Positions 31,328 to 41,746 of a DNA stretch of 64,000 nucleotides are shown piece by piece (position 1 is the first letter of the stretch; each line of letters opens with the position of its first letter). The position numbers and the translations under genes are program-made. The stretch is from Bacteroidales bacterium (GTDB taxonomy: Bacteria; Bacteroidota; Bacteroidia; Bacteroidales; GCA-2748055): contig DAOVIO010000008.1 of the NCBI GenBank assembly GCA_030673645.1, positions 487 to 64,486 on the forward strand. The letters run 5' to 3'. The notes below the pieces were generated by a model, which was not told the origin of the DNA, did no database searches, and worked only from the letters and a program-made list of their open reading frames with translations.

Positions 31328-32248
31328 CTACTCGTCAGAAGCCCCAGCTAATCTTGTAATCAGAAAAATAATTAAAAAACCTGCAACGGCAATCAAAATA
31401 GCCGGATAAAAATCCGAATTTAAACTAGTATCCGATGGCAGGATATTACGTTGAATTAGTGGTTGTAATTCTCCATGACGATCAGTAAAACTTTCCAGGG
31501 TTTCCTTCCAGGGCCAAATCTTGTTTAACGAACCTCCCATAAAACCAGCTAGCAACGCAATGGTCTGAAACCTGAACTTTTTTAGCAACCATGAAAGCAA
31601 ATTAGAAAACGAGATCAATCCAACTACTGCCCCAGCAGCAAAAATAGCGATTACCGATATTTTAAACTCGGTTACTGCAGAAAGTATATATTGATATTTC
31701 CCCAGAAGAACTAAAATGAAACTGCCAGAAATCCCGGGTAATATCATTGCACAAATAGCAATTGAACCTGAAAGAAATATAAACCATGATGAAGTGGAAG
31801 TCTCAGCTGGTGTAATAGTCGTAATCCAGAACGCCAGTACAAAACCAACAATTAGAGAAAGCACAATACTAAGATTCCACTTTTTAATGTCTTTGATAAT
31901 ATATATTACCGATGCAACAATAAGTCCGAAGAAAAATGACCATATATAAACCGGATGATTCGTCAGAAGATGTTCAATAAGATGAGCCAATGAAAAAATA
32001 CTTATAAGAATTCCAGAAAATACAGCCAAAAGAAAATTTCCATTTATTTTTTTCCAAAAATCAATGAACTTAAATTTCAGAATTAATTTTAATGCTTCCC
32101 CGTTAACAGATTTGATTGAATGAATAAGCTCCTCATAAATACCGGTAATAAATGCTATTGTTCCACCTGATACACCAGGAACAACATCGGAAGCGCCCAT
32201 TCCAATACCTTTCAGCCAAATGACTAAATAATCCTTTAAAGTCCTCAT
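31328..32248 (-). CDS. DUF368-family integral membrane protein
   Basis: GMGASDVVPGVSGGTIAFITGIYEEL and a second PGISGSFILVLLG repeat. There are about 8 TM helices. Confidence 0.85.
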   Translation of the reverse strand: MRTLKDYLVIWLKGIGMGASDVVPGVSGGTIAFITGIYEELIHSIKSVNGEALKLILKFKFIDFWKKINGNFLLAVFSGILISIFSLAHLIEHLLTNHPVYIWSFFFGLIVASVIYIIKDIKKWNLSIVLSLIVGFVLAFWITTITPAETSTSSWFIFLSGSIAICAMILPGISGSFILVLLGKYQYILSAVTEFKISVIAIFAAGAVVGLISFSNLLSWLLKKFRFQTIALLAGFMGGSLNKIWPWKETLESFTDRHGELQPLIQRNILPSDTSLNSDFYPAILIAVAGFLIIFLITRLAGASDE

Positions 32249-33027
32249 AATTTGTAACCCTGAAATTCTTCTGGCAGATAATTAAAAAAGGTATCTCCTC
32301 TCAATCCAAGCCTTAAAGCTTCCAATGCAACAACTTCGCCTGGAGCAATATTGCCAAGATTAACATTGGCTCCAAGTAAATCTATAAACCATACTTGCTG
32401 ATTCTTTATTGGAGCTTCCCATAATACATTTTCACCTTTAACATTCTCCAATATATCATCAACTAATTCAATATTTGCTGATCCATCTCTGTTATATATT
32501 CCAATAGTTCCACTTTCTCTTGCTTCCGCTATTACCTTCCATGCACCCGCTTCAAGTTCCTTTTTCATAAAACTTACCCATACATCATGAGGTATTTCAT
32601 TTCCTTTTACCTTCGATCCTACTTCAGAAAAAACTTTAAAATCCTTACTAAGCTTATTAACATACTCCAGCTTTTCATCATGATCAATTTGCATAGAACC
32701 ATCTGACACTTCAACAGTTTCCATTCCCATTTTTGAAACAAAACTTCTAAATTCATCAAACTTATTCCTTACAATATATGCTTCAAATAAGGTTCCCCCA
32801 AAATAAGGTTCCAAATTAGCTTTTCTATAGGCTTCTATTTTCTCCTTAACTTGTTTTGCAAAAATTGCAGTTCCAAAGCCAAATTTTACAAAATCCGTGA
32901 ATTCCTCACTACTATCAATAAAATTATAAGCCTCGTTAAGGCTTAAACCTTTATCCATCATCATGGTTACTCCTGAATTCCTTGGCTTTGCAGGCCGATC
33001 AGGCAGGAATGAAATATTAGTATTCAT
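32245..33027 (-). CDS. Phosphosulfolactate synthase (ComA) family protein
   Basis: DKGL...FVKFGFGTA...GGTLFE...VEVSDGS...EVG.K...EARESG...EAP.K.QQVWFI...NVNLGNIAPGEVVALEALRLGLRGDTF aligns along its whole length with my recollection of archaeal ComA. Confidence 0.88.
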   Translation of the reverse strand: MNTNISFLPDRPAKPRNSGVTMMMDKGLSLNEAYNFIDSSEEFTDFVKFGFGTAIFAKQVKEKIEAYRKANLEPYFGGTLFEAYIVRNKFDEFRSFVSKMGMETVEVSDGSMQIDHDEKLEYVNKLSKDFKVFSEVGSKVKGNEIPHDVWVSFMKKELEAGAWKVIAEARESGTIGIYNRDGSANIELVDDILENVKGENVLWEAPIKNQQVWFIDLLGANVNLGNIAPGEVVALEALRLGLRGDTFFNYLPEEFQGYKL

Positions 33028-33122
33028 ATTTATAGTTTTATTTAAATGAATTTTAGAGTTTGAAATTAAATTAATTCAAATCCCGAGAAAAAAGATTAAA
33101 ATCACACAGAAAGAATATATTA

Positions 33123-34538
33123 TCAGGACTTTGACTTGATCAGATTATTTATTTTTTTTATATTTTTTCCTTGAGGATAAACCTTATAAAACAATTTAAT
33201 TCCACCCTTTCCCAGTTCAACAGCCTTTTCAAGATACTTCATTCCTGCTTTTTTATCATTCAGTTGAAAATATACTGCAGCAATAATGTAGAGAATGTCT
33301 TGTGAATTTATATTATTCGAAGATGCTTTTTGCAAAATAATCAGAGCATCACCAAATTCATTCTTTTCTGTATACAAAAAGGCTAAACGAATCCATGCTT
33401 CTCTATCCTTGGGATCTAATTTACACACCTGACGGAAACATTTCTCAGCCTCACCAGATAACTTTTGTATAGAATATATTTCTCCTAAAGTATACCAATA
33501 CTCAGGATTATCTCTATCGAAATCTATAGCTTTCAGAATATATGTTCTGGCTTCACTAAGCTTTTCCTGTTGCATATATGACAGTCCGGCACCATACCAT
33601 CCATCAGCAAATGTATTATCAATTTCAATAAGTTTCTTATATATTTCCAGCGCCTTATTATAATCTTCTAACTCTTCATAACTTTCTCCAAGAAAATTCC
33701 AGGCTTGTAAATTCTCTGGTTCGATTTTCAGAAATTCCTCATAAACTTTTATAGCCTCATGATAATTGTTCTCATCAGCATAAATATGTGCTTTATTGAA
33801 ATAGGCCAAGCCATATGAGAGATTAATTGCAATGGCATAATCGTAACATTCGTGTGCTTTTGGCAAGTCATTTATTTTGGTATAAATAACTCCAAGATTA
33901 TGCCATACATTTTCGGAATAGCTATCTACATCGAGGTATTTATTATAATATTCTATACTAGCCTTGAAATTTTGTATTCTTTCATTATAATAACCAAGAT
34001 CATAAAGAACAGACAAATTATTTGGATCAGACTTATTAGCCATCCTTAAGTATTTTAGAGCAAAATTATATTGTCTTGCATTTTCAAATGCAATACTAAT
34101 ATTGATATAAATGTCTACGGAATCTCCATCGGTTTTTTCCAGAGCAAGATCAAATACTTTCTCAGCTTCTCTGAATTTCGACATACTTACAAGGGCAGTC
34201 CCTTTTAATAAAAAATAATCAGAATCTTCTTTTTCATACTTTGCGAATTTATCCAGGGACTGAAGTGCACTATCAGCCTCTCCAGATTCTAATTGTGTAT
34301 GAACTAGCTTTACCCTCAGATCGTATGAACCAGGATGTTGTCTTAATGCCTTCTCAGCCGCCTCATAAGCATGCTTATAATCACGTAGGTCAAGATAATA
34401 ATCTATTATTTCCTCAAACTCCTCAACATCAAAGAAATAAGACCTTCTTGCTTTCAACATATCCTCATACTTCTGAAGTACCAGTTGAAATTCATTATCA
34501 TTTTGCATCTTCCCTTGTCCTTTATCCATTATGTTCAA
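33123..34538 (-). CDS. Tetratricopeptide (TPR) repeat protein
   Basis: At least 10 TPR-like 34-aa units, for example AYFNKAHIYADENNYHEAIKVYEEFLKIEPEN. Confidence 0.8.
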   Translation of the reverse strand: MNIMDKGQGKMQNDNEFQLVLQKYEDMLKARRSYFFDVEEFEEIIDYYLDLRDYKHAYEAAEKALRQHPGSYDLRVKLVHTQLESGEADSALQSLDKFAKYEKEDSDYFLLKGTALVSMSKFREAEKVFDLALEKTDGDSVDIYINISIAFENARQYNFALKYLRMANKSDPNNLSVLYDLGYYNERIQNFKASIEYYNKYLDVDSYSENVWHNLGVIYTKINDLPKAHECYDYAIAINLSYGLAYFNKAHIYADENNYHEAIKVYEEFLKIEPENLQAWNFLGESYEELEDYNKALEIYKKLIEIDNTFADGWYGAGLSYMQQEKLSEARTYILKAIDFDRDNPEYWYTLGEIYSIQKLSGEAEKCFRQVCKLDPKDREAWIRLAFLYTEKNEFGDALIILQKASSNNINSQDILYIIAAVYFQLNDKKAGMKYLEKAVELGKGGIKLFYKVYPQGKNIKKINNLIKSKS

Positions 34539-34612
34539 AATCTAAGCTGCAAAATTAGAAATATTTTGCAATTGAATGAGCTTAGTAAGTTATTTTATAA
34601 GTTATTTAATTT

Positions 34613-37189
34613 TTACTCTACCGGAGTTTCTCTCGAACTTATTCTGGCAATCTGGTAATATCTAGAAATCAACGAATTTTTCAAGTCAGAAAGATCATTT
34701 AATAAGCTTGTATGCGAAGCAAGATCTGTTGTAATATTGTCCCAATACTTATTTAACTCCGAAATGAGATATTCACCATTTTTGCTAATCCTCTGATTAA
34801 ATCCTAGTTTATCTAAATCGATTATAGTTGAGTTTAATCTGTAGTATGCATCATTAAATAATACCAGACTTTGTGCTGTTTCTTTTCCATATAATTTCAC
34901 AAGCACCTTCCAACTGGAGAAGGTTGGATTATAGGCTGAAGAATTCCATAAATAATCCAATGAACTTAATAAGCGAATCAGATTTAATTCCGTGAAATTC
35001 TCAAGATCAAACAGACATTCGTAGTTTAGCATTTCAGGGGTAATTCCAATCATCTTAGTATTGAATCCATCGAATAAACTTCCTGTTAGAGCTCTTCCGG
35101 CATATAGTGAATAATAACTTCCGGTAAGACAGCTCTCTTTACGCATATTGGAATGCATACTTAGCAGACTAACAGAATTACCTGAATAATTATAGATATC
35201 AGAAGGATCAATAAATTCAGGAAACTCAACTGCTCCTGTCCATAAAGTTTTCGTGAAATTCATTCCCAGATCATCAATATTGTCAAAATACAATCTACTG
35301 ACTAACTCATTATTTTTCTGATCTGAATTAGAAAGAAAGAAAGGATGAAGATATTTTGGTGTTGTTGCAGATATTTTGAGTTCGCTAGATAAACTCTTCC
35401 AAAATATTCTTTCGCCATCAATGAAATATGAATAATTATCCATTGATAAGGTATTCCGCATATTTCTAATTTGAATTTCCCTTAAGAATCTATCTGAGAA
35501 TATCCAAAAATCAGGTTTAATCCTATCAATTCGATTAACTAAACCAGCCAGGGCCGCTGCATCTTTAGCCAAGGCTTCTTCCAATTCAAGATCGCCAAAA
35601 ACTTTACCTTCTTCCAAAGAATTTTGGGTTTCTATGAGTTTAACTGTCTCAAGAAAAACTCCCTTTTTTACATAATGATAAGAATCTTGAATATTCTTAA
35701 AATGACTTAGCCAGGTTTTTGTCAATTCATCGATTTGAGCAGTAGACAAATTCTGCGAAGCAATTTTTGCAATAAATTTATTGAAACCAAATTCCCGAAG
35801 GAGATTTAACCACTCAGAATATTCTGTATAATTATCATTAATAAAATATGGGATAATTGCAGTTCGTTCAGTATAATCGGGGTAATCGCTAATATTATAA
35901 TGATGATAAATCTCATTGTTCTCATCAATTAGCTGAGTAAAAGTATTAATTGCATGACCTAATCCTTCAACATCGCTATAATCTATAAAAATCAAATTAT
36001 CACCATTCGATAAATCCTTGATATAGTAGGCCTGTTTCTTCCCTTCCAGTTCTTGTACGGGTAACCGATCTGAAAATTGTGAAGAAAGATCATTTAAACC
36101 AAAACTAATTACAAAAGGATAGGATTCGCTATCAATTCTTCTATATCTGTAAGTATAATTTTCGCTTTTTGCTGAAATCAATCCTTTTTCCTGTAGAGCC
36201 ATTTTGAGATTATTGAACAATACTCTCTCATGACTGTTCGCACTTTTCGGAAGTATAAATAGTGGAGGGGTTTTTTCTTCTTTCTCGTTTAATATGAAAG
36301 TTTCGAGTGGTCTATAAGATTCCGACTTTCGAGGGCCAGGAATTAAGTAAGCCGATTTATCAAGAATTGTATCAAAATATGGCTGTAATTGTTCAAGATA
36401 AGTGAAGTTCTTAGTTGTATATTCAAATCTCACAAAATCGATATACATTTCCCCGGTACCTTTTAATCCTGCAAATATTTTGACATAGCGTGTATCATCC
36501 GGTATATTCCCTTCTTCATAAGGAAAATTACCGGCACGAGCAACGATTTCTGCCCATCCGAACTCTGAAATATTTTCATTTCCCGCAAAATTAAAACCTT
36601 TGAACGCCTGATTAATTTCACGATCATATTCCGGGTGATAAGCTTTGGATTTAATAAGAACCTTATTTTTATCGTAATAAAACAAACTAATATTTACTGC
36701 ATCAAAAACACCTGTTCCAAATCTATCCATATTGGAAACAATATTTTTTAAACGCAGGTCTAATCTTAGCATATAATTTCCAGGAATAACTTTAATATAA
36801 TCACTTATAATTCCTTCCCCTTGATTATCAGTTTCATTACAAACATCCTTAACTATTTTTATGGCATGAGTTCCTTTTGATGCCTCATCATGTAGAAAAG
36901 TGAGTTCATCTTCTATATCTGTCCAAAACACATTCTCACCAACCTTTTTCCAACCCGGCAAACTAAAAGACAGTTTCAAAGTATCTGCCATATAATGTTT
37001 TCCTTTTTCGAAAGAAGGATTTGAAATTAGATTTTTCTTACTTAATTCTCTTTTGCGTATATTTTCAGGTACCTGACCTGAATGAAGTCCTGACCATTGA
37101 GGAGCCGTAGTTAAAGGTTGATTTTCCTGTTTGCAAGAGCTAAACACAATTAAAATAAAGAGAAAATATTTTATAGTATATGTTGACAT
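34613..37189 (-). CDS. Large hypothetical lipoprotein/secreted protein with an N-terminal carbohydrate-binding-module-like region
   Basis: The signal plus lipobox is VFSSCKQ. An N-terminal NLISNPSFEKG...WKKVGENVFW segment resembles CBM4/9-type beta-sandwiches. The rest is unassigned. Confidence 0.65.
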   Translation of the reverse strand: MSTYTIKYFLFILIVFSSCKQENQPLTTAPQWSGLHSGQVPENIRKRELSKKNLISNPSFEKGKHYMADTLKLSFSLPGWKKVGENVFWTDIEDELTFLHDEASKGTHAIKIVKDVCNETDNQGEGIISDYIKVIPGNYMLRLDLRLKNIVSNMDRFGTGVFDAVNISLFYYDKNKVLIKSKAYHPEYDREINQAFKGFNFAGNENISEFGWAEIVARAGNFPYEEGNIPDDTRYVKIFAGLKGTGEMYIDFVRFEYTTKNFTYLEQLQPYFDTILDKSAYLIPGPRKSESYRPLETFILNEKEEKTPPLFILPKSANSHERVLFNNLKMALQEKGLISAKSENYTYRYRRIDSESYPFVISFGLNDLSSQFSDRLPVQELEGKKQAYYIKDLSNGDNLIFIDYSDVEGLGHAINTFTQLIDENNEIYHHYNISDYPDYTERTAIIPYFINDNYTEYSEWLNLLREFGFNKFIAKIASQNLSTAQIDELTKTWLSHFKNIQDSYHYVKKGVFLETVKLIETQNSLEEGKVFGDLELEEALAKDAAALAGLVNRIDRIKPDFWIFSDRFLREIQIRNMRNTLSMDNYSYFIDGERIFWKSLSSELKISATTPKYLHPFFLSNSDQKNNELVSRLYFDNIDDLGMNFTKTLWTGAVEFPEFIDPSDIYNYSGNSVSLLSMHSNMRKESCLTGSYYSLYAGRALTGSLFDGFNTKMIGITPEMLNYECLFDLENFTELNLIRLLSSLDYLWNSSAYNPTFSSWKVLVKLYGKETAQSLVLFNDAYYRLNSTIIDLDKLGFNQRISKNGEYLISELNKYWDNITTDLASHTSLLNDLSDLKNSLISRYYQIARISSRETPVE

Positions 37190-37416
37190 ATATAAATTAA
37201 TTCAAATTATGAGTTTAAAGATAAGTAAATCCTATGAATTGCTAGTAATAAAAAATATCTTCCTATTATAAATTTAGATGCTATTTTTTAACAAATAGTT
37301 GCAAGTGATTTTAATATTTATATTAACTGTTGTCTACTAAAAAACATGCACTCGAAAATATCTGATATTAATAATGCTATTCTAGCCTTCTGCTTTCCCT
37401 TCTCATCAAATTTATA

Positions 37417-37424
37417 TATTTTTG
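37417..37424 (+). promoter_or_regulatory. Candidate -7 promoter box (TATTTTTG) for ffh
   Basis: Exact TAnnTTTG match. The TTG 'start' of track ORF 37422 is the end of this box, so the ATG at 37446 is the real start. Confidence 0.45.
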
Positions 37425-37445
37425 CAAGCACAAAATTCAAAGAGA

Positions 37446-38786
37446 ATGTTTGAGAAATTAAGTGAAAGATTAGAAAGATCGTTCAAAATTTTAAAAGGTC
37501 AAGGTACAATTACTGAAATTAATGTTTCAGAAACCCTGAAAGACTTGCGTCGGGCACTTTTGGACGCCGATGTTAACTTTAAAATTGCAAAGAGTTTTAC
37601 CGACTCTATAAAAGAGAAAGCTTTGGGTCAAAATGTCCTGAATGCGGTTAAGCCGGGACAAATGATGATAAAAATTGTCCATGAGGAGCTAACTGGCTTG
37701 ATGGGGAAAAGCAGCGAAGAAGTTAATGTTAAAGCAAATCCTGCAATTATTTTAATTGCCGGTCTGCAAGGTTCTGGTAAAACTACTTTTACAGGAAAAC
37801 TTGCGAATCATTTAAAAACCAAAAAAAGTAAAAATCCTTTATTAGTAGCATGCGATGTTTACCGTCCTGCAGCTATTGAACAATTAAAGGTTTTGGGTGA
37901 ACAAATAGAAGTTCCCGTCTATATCGAAGAAGACAGAAAGGATCCGGTTAAAATTGCTAAGAACGCAATTAAGCAGGCTAAAAATTCCGGGAATGACGTT
38001 GTGATTATTGATACTGCTGGGCGTTTGGCTATAGATAAAGAGATGATGCAGGAAATCTCCAGTATTAAGAAATCTGTAAATCCTCATGAGATTCTTTTCG
38101 TTGTAGATTCAATGACAGGGCAGGATGCTGTAAATACTGCTGCTGAATTTAACAAGCAGTTGGATTTTGACGGTGTGGTGCTAACAAAACTTGATGGTGA
38201 TACAAGAGGAGGGGCAGCTTTATCTATACGAGCAGTTGTCAATAAACCTATAAAATTTGTTGGAACGGGTGAAAAAATGGATGCTATAGATGTTTTCCAT
38301 CCAAGCAGAATGGCAGACAGGATTCTTGGCATGGGTGATATTGTTTCACTTGTTGAGAGAGCCCAGGAGCAATTTGATGCTGATGAAGCAAGACAACTTC
38401 AAAAGAAAATAGCTAAAAACCAATTTAGTTTTGATGACTTCCTTGCTCAGATACAACAAATTAAGAAAATGGGTAATATCAAGGAATTAGCCGGTATGAT
38501 TCCTGGAGTTGGAAAAGCTATTAAAGATATGGATATTGACGATGATGCTTTTAAAGGAATAGAAGCAATTATTAAATCAATGACCCCTGTTGAAAGAGAT
38601 AATCCTACAATATTAAATGGCAGTCGCAGAAAAAGAATTGCTACCGGTTCAGGAACAAATATACAAGAGGTAAACAGGCTGATAAAGCAATTTGATGATA
38701 CCCGAAAAATGATGAAAATGATGTCGGGAAGCAAAGGGAAGAATATGGCCAGGATGATGGGGAATATGCCTGGGATGGGGAGGTAG
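37446..38786 (+). CDS. ffh: Signal recognition particle protein Ffh
   Basis: MFEKLSERL start, GLQGSGKTTFTGKLA, DTAGR, TKLDGDTRGGAALS and the Met-rich C-terminal M domain. Confidence 0.96.
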   Translation: MFEKLSERLERSFKILKGQGTITEINVSETLKDLRRALLDADVNFKIAKSFTDSIKEKALGQNVLNAVKPGQMMIKIVHEELTGLMGKSSEEVNVKANPAIILIAGLQGSGKTTFTGKLANHLKTKKSKNPLLVACDVYRPAAIEQLKVLGEQIEVPVYIEEDRKDPVKIAKNAIKQAKNSGNDVVIIDTAGRLAIDKEMMQEISSIKKSVNPHEILFVVDSMTGQDAVNTAAEFNKQLDFDGVVLTKLDGDTRGGAALSIRAVVNKPIKFVGTGEKMDAIDVFHPSRMADRILGMGDIVSLVERAQEQFDADEARQLQKKIAKNQFSFDDFLAQIQQIKKMGNIKELAGMIPGVGKAIKDMDIDDDAFKGIEAIIKSMTPVERDNPTILNGSRRKRIATGSGTNIQEVNRLIKQFDDTRKMMKMMSGSKGKNMARMMGNMPGMGR

Positions 38787-38788
38787 TG

Positions 38789-38826
38789 TGGTTGAGTGGT
38801 TGAATGGTTGAATGGTTGAGTGGTGA
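38789..38826. repeat. Tandem 8-mer tract (TGGTTGAR, about 4.5 copies) starting 3 nt after the ffh stop
   Basis: It reads GGTTGAG TGGTTGAA TGGTTGAA TGGTTGAG TGGTGAT. Confidence 0.8.
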
Positions 38827-38861
38827 TATAGCCAATAGTATATAATCAGAAGGATTCGTAA

Positions 38862-38881
38862 AGACGTAAAAATTTACGTCT
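38862..38881 (+). terminator. Hairpin AGACGTAAA-AA-TTTACGTCT downstream of ffh
   Basis: A perfect 9 bp palindrome with no clear U-tract, so its terminator function is uncertain. Confidence 0.3.
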
Positions 38882-38915
38882 CATAATAAAACACAATAAA
38901 TAATTACACTATATT

Positions 38916-39794
38916 ATGCAACTTATTCAGGGAAAAGTTATTGCAGATCAGATTAAAGAAGAAATTGCTTCTGAAGTTAAAGAATTGGTAGATATGGGGA
39001 AAAAGCGACCTCATCTTGCAGCTATTTTAGTAGGTCATGACGGTGGCAGTGAGACTTATGTCGCACATAAAGTAAAGGCTTGTGAGCAAGTGGGTTTCGA
39101 ATCAAGTCTTATCCGCTTCGAGGATAATATCAGCGAGGATGAACTATTGAAAAAAGTTCAGGAACTCAATAATGATGATTCTATTGATGGATTCATTGTG
39201 CAGCTCCCGATTCCTGACCATATTTCTGAAAACAAAGTGATTGAAGCCATTGATCCATCAAAAGATGTGGATGGTTTTCATCCGGTTAATCTTGGAAGAA
39301 TGGTAATCGGACTACCTAGCTATGTTTCAGCAACTCCTTCAGGAATAATAGAATTAATTCGCCGATATAATATTGAAACTTCTGGGAAACATTGTGTAAT
39401 TGTGGGCAGAAGCAATATAGTTGGTAAACCAATGAGTATTTTACTGGGACAAAAAACAAATCCGGGAAATTGTACGGTAACACTTTGTCACAGTCGTACA
39501 AAAGATTTACCTTCCGTAACCCGACAAGCAGATATTTTAATTGCAGCTCTTGGAGCTCCGGAATTTGTAAAAGAAGATATGGTTAAAGAAGGAGCAGTTG
39601 TAATTGATGTTGGTACAACCCGAGTGCCATCAACGGAAACCAAATCTGGTTTTCGTTTAAAAGGTGACGTTAAATTTGATGAAGTTTCTCCAAAATGTTC
39701 GTATATAACACCTGTACCTGGTGGTGTTGGCCCGATGACAATCGTTTCTCTTTTGAGGAATACTTTATTGGCCGCGAAAAGAGATGTTTATTAG
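38916..39794 (+). CDS. folD: Bifunctional methylenetetrahydrofolate dehydrogenase/cyclohydrolase FolD
   Basis: [48 protein letters not shown] and [10 protein letters not shown]. Confidence 0.95.
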   Translation: MQLIQGKVIADQIKEEIASEVKELVDMGKKRPHLAAILVGHDGGSETYVAHKVKACEQVGFESSLIRFEDNISEDELLKKVQELNNDDSIDGFIVQLPIPDHISENKVIEAIDPSKDVDGFHPVNLGRMVIGLPSYVSATPSGIIELIRRYNIETSGKHCVIVGRSNIVGKPMSILLGQKTNPGNCTVTLCHSRTKDLPSVTRQADILIAALGAPEFVKEDMVKEGAVVIDVGTTRVPSTETKSGFRLKGDVKFDEVSPKCSYITPVPGGVGPMTIVSLLRNTLLAAKRDVY

Positions 39795-39817
39795 GGGAAG
39801 TTGGAAATTGTTTTCAA

Positions 39818-39862
39818 CTAAGGCACTCTTAACTTTAGACACTTTAGGCACTTTAGGCACTT
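39818..39862. repeat. Tandem 9-10 nt word tract (TTAGGCACT / TTAGACACT, about 4 copies) between the convergent folD and argS
   Basis: It reads TAAGGCACT CTTAAC TTTAGACAC TTTAGGCAC TTTAGGCAC. It is preceded by the hairpin AGTTGGAAA-TTG-TTTTCAACT at 39799-39819. Confidence 0.75.
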
Positions 39863-39869
39863 CCTCCCA

Positions 39870-41654
39870 CTACATCCTTTCCGGAACCTCAATTCCCAAT
39901 AATCCCATTCCACTTTTTATAACATGGCTGCAAACTTCTGCGAGTGCCAGCCTGAATTCTTTGATAGTCTCGCTTTCAGCTTTTAGGATTGAATGATCAT
40001 GATAAAACTGATTGAATTCTTTAGCAATTTCATACATATAATTTGCTATTAATGCAGGACTCATTTCACGTGCTGATGATTCGATAATGTCGGGAAAATC
40101 GAATAATAATTTAATAAGAGAAATTTCTTTCTCTTCAGGTTTATGATCACTTGAATTACTTGAAATTACTCCTTCAGCTTCAGCTTTCCTGAGGATAGAT
40201 CTTATTCTTGCATGAGTATATTGAATAAATGGACCTGTATTCCCGTTAAAATCAATTGATTCAGTTGGATTAAATGTCATATTTTTCTTAGGATCAACCT
40301 TTAAAATAAAGTATTTTAAAGCCCCGAGTCCCACTTGCCTATATATCAACTCTTTTTCTTCCTCTTGAATTTCAGATAATTTCCCCATTTCCTCTGACAT
40401 ATCTTTAGCAGTTACTATCATGTCATTCATTAAATCATCAGCATCGACAACAGTACCTTCACGCGACTTCATTTTTCCTTCTGGTAATTCAACCATTCCA
40501 TAGGAAAGATGAAAGATCTTTTCTGCCCATTCAAATCCTAATTTTTTCAAAATAAGTGCAAGAACCTGAAAATGATAATTTTGCTCATTACCAACCACAT
40601 AAATATGCTTATCGATATTGAAATCCTTAAAACGCTGACGAGCTGTGCCAAGATCCTGTGTCATATATACAGATGTGCCATCAGCCCTTAATAACAATTT
40701 ACTATCTAAACCATCTTCGGTAAGATCTGCCCAAATAGATTTATCTGATTTTTGTGATAAAACGGAATTTTTCAATCCTTCTTCAACCAATTCTTTACCA
40801 AGTTTATAAGTATCCGACTCATAGTATATTTTATCAAAACTCACCCCCATGGTTTTATAAGTTTTATCAAATCCCTCATAAACCCATGAGTTCATAGTTT
40901 TCCATAATTCCAATACTTCCTGGTCTCCAGCCTCCCATTTCCTGAGCATTTCACGAGTCTCGAGCATTAAAGGACTCTTTTTTTCCGCCTCTTCTTTACT
41001 TAAACCTTTTTTCTCAAGTTCTGCAAGTTCAGCTTTATAAGCTTTATCGAAAGCTACATAATATTCACCCACTAGTTTATCACCCTTTTTATCTTCGGAA
41101 GGTGTTTCATTCTTTCCTGCTTTTTGCCATGCAAGCATAGATTTACAGATATGAATACCTCTGTCGTTCACCAGATTTACCTTAATGACTTTTCTCCCCG
41201 AAGCTTCAAGTATATTTGAAATGGAGTAACCCAATAAGTTATTGCGAATATGGCCAAGGTGTAAGGGCTTATTTGTATTTGGAGAGGAAAATTCGACCAT
41301 TACCGATGGCTTTCCTTTATCAATCGGGTTAATTCCATAATTTTTTTCTGCACCGATTTCAAAAAGAAAATTATTCCAATATTCAGGAGTAATAGTAAAA
41401 TTCAGAAAACCTTTGATAACATTGTAACTCTCTATTTCAGCAAGTAAGTTCTGAAGATAATTTCCGATTTCTTCAGCAGTATTCTCAGGAGATTTTCGCG
41501 CCATTTTAACAAGAGGAAAAACTACAAGTGTATAATCTCCCGTAAAGTCTTTTCTTGTTTTTTGTAATTGTATTAGATTCTCATTGGGAGTTTGATCATA
41601 AAGTTCTTTACATGCATCTAAAACGGATTTAAAAAGTATATCATCAATTTTCAT
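39870..41654 (-). CDS. argS: Arginine--tRNA ligase
   Basis: The class I HIGH-type motif is PNTNKPLHLGHIRN and the KMSK-like motif is GKMKSREG. The anticodon-binding C-terminus ends ...GIEVPERM. The ATG (MKIDDILF...) is at 41652-41654. The TTG at 41684 in the ORF track is less likely. Confidence 0.95.
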   Translation of the reverse strand: MKIDDILFKSVLDACKELYDQTPNENLIQLQKTRKDFTGDYTLVVFPLVKMARKSPENTAEEIGNYLQNLLAEIESYNVIKGFLNFTITPEYWNNFLFEIGAEKNYGINPIDKGKPSVMVEFSSPNTNKPLHLGHIRNNLLGYSISNILEASGRKVIKVNLVNDRGIHICKSMLAWQKAGKNETPSEDKKGDKLVGEYYVAFDKAYKAELAELEKKGLSKEEAEKKSPLMLETREMLRKWEAGDQEVLELWKTMNSWVYEGFDKTYKTMGVSFDKIYYESDTYKLGKELVEEGLKNSVLSQKSDKSIWADLTEDGLDSKLLLRADGTSVYMTQDLGTARQRFKDFNIDKHIYVVGNEQNYHFQVLALILKKLGFEWAEKIFHLSYGMVELPEGKMKSREGTVVDADDLMNDMIVTAKDMSEEMGKLSEIQEEEKELIYRQVGLGALKYFILKVDPKKNMTFNPTESIDFNGNTGPFIQYTHARIRSILRKAEAEGVISSNSSDHKPEEKEISLIKLLFDFPDIIESSAREMSPALIANYMYEIAKEFNQFYHDHSILKAESETIKEFRLALAEVCSHVIKSGMGLLGIEVPERM

Positions 41655-41746
41655 AGTTTCTTTTTCTAATATTTCAGATTGCAAAGATATATAAGTAGAG
41701 CATATAAATTAGACGATTATTATTTTTATAGCTTAAAATGTGATAT

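Noticed and set aside
37422-37445. TTG starts proposed by the ORF track for ffh (37422), the wHTH gene (43661) and argS (41684)
   Set aside because: For ffh and the wHTH gene, the TTG is the last three bases of a TAnnTTTG -7 promoter box. In all three cases a downstream ATG gives the conserved N-terminus (MFEKLSERL for Ffh).
38789-38826. Possibility that the tandem word tracts (also at 39818, 43241, 49345 and 19661) are CRISPR arrays
   Set aside because: The units are 7-12 nt and directly adjacent with no unique spacers. No cas genes are nearby.
39784-39996. 70 aa + strand ORF after folD
   Set aside because: It runs through the TTAGGCACT word tract and then antisense into the argS 3' end. 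It is not coding.
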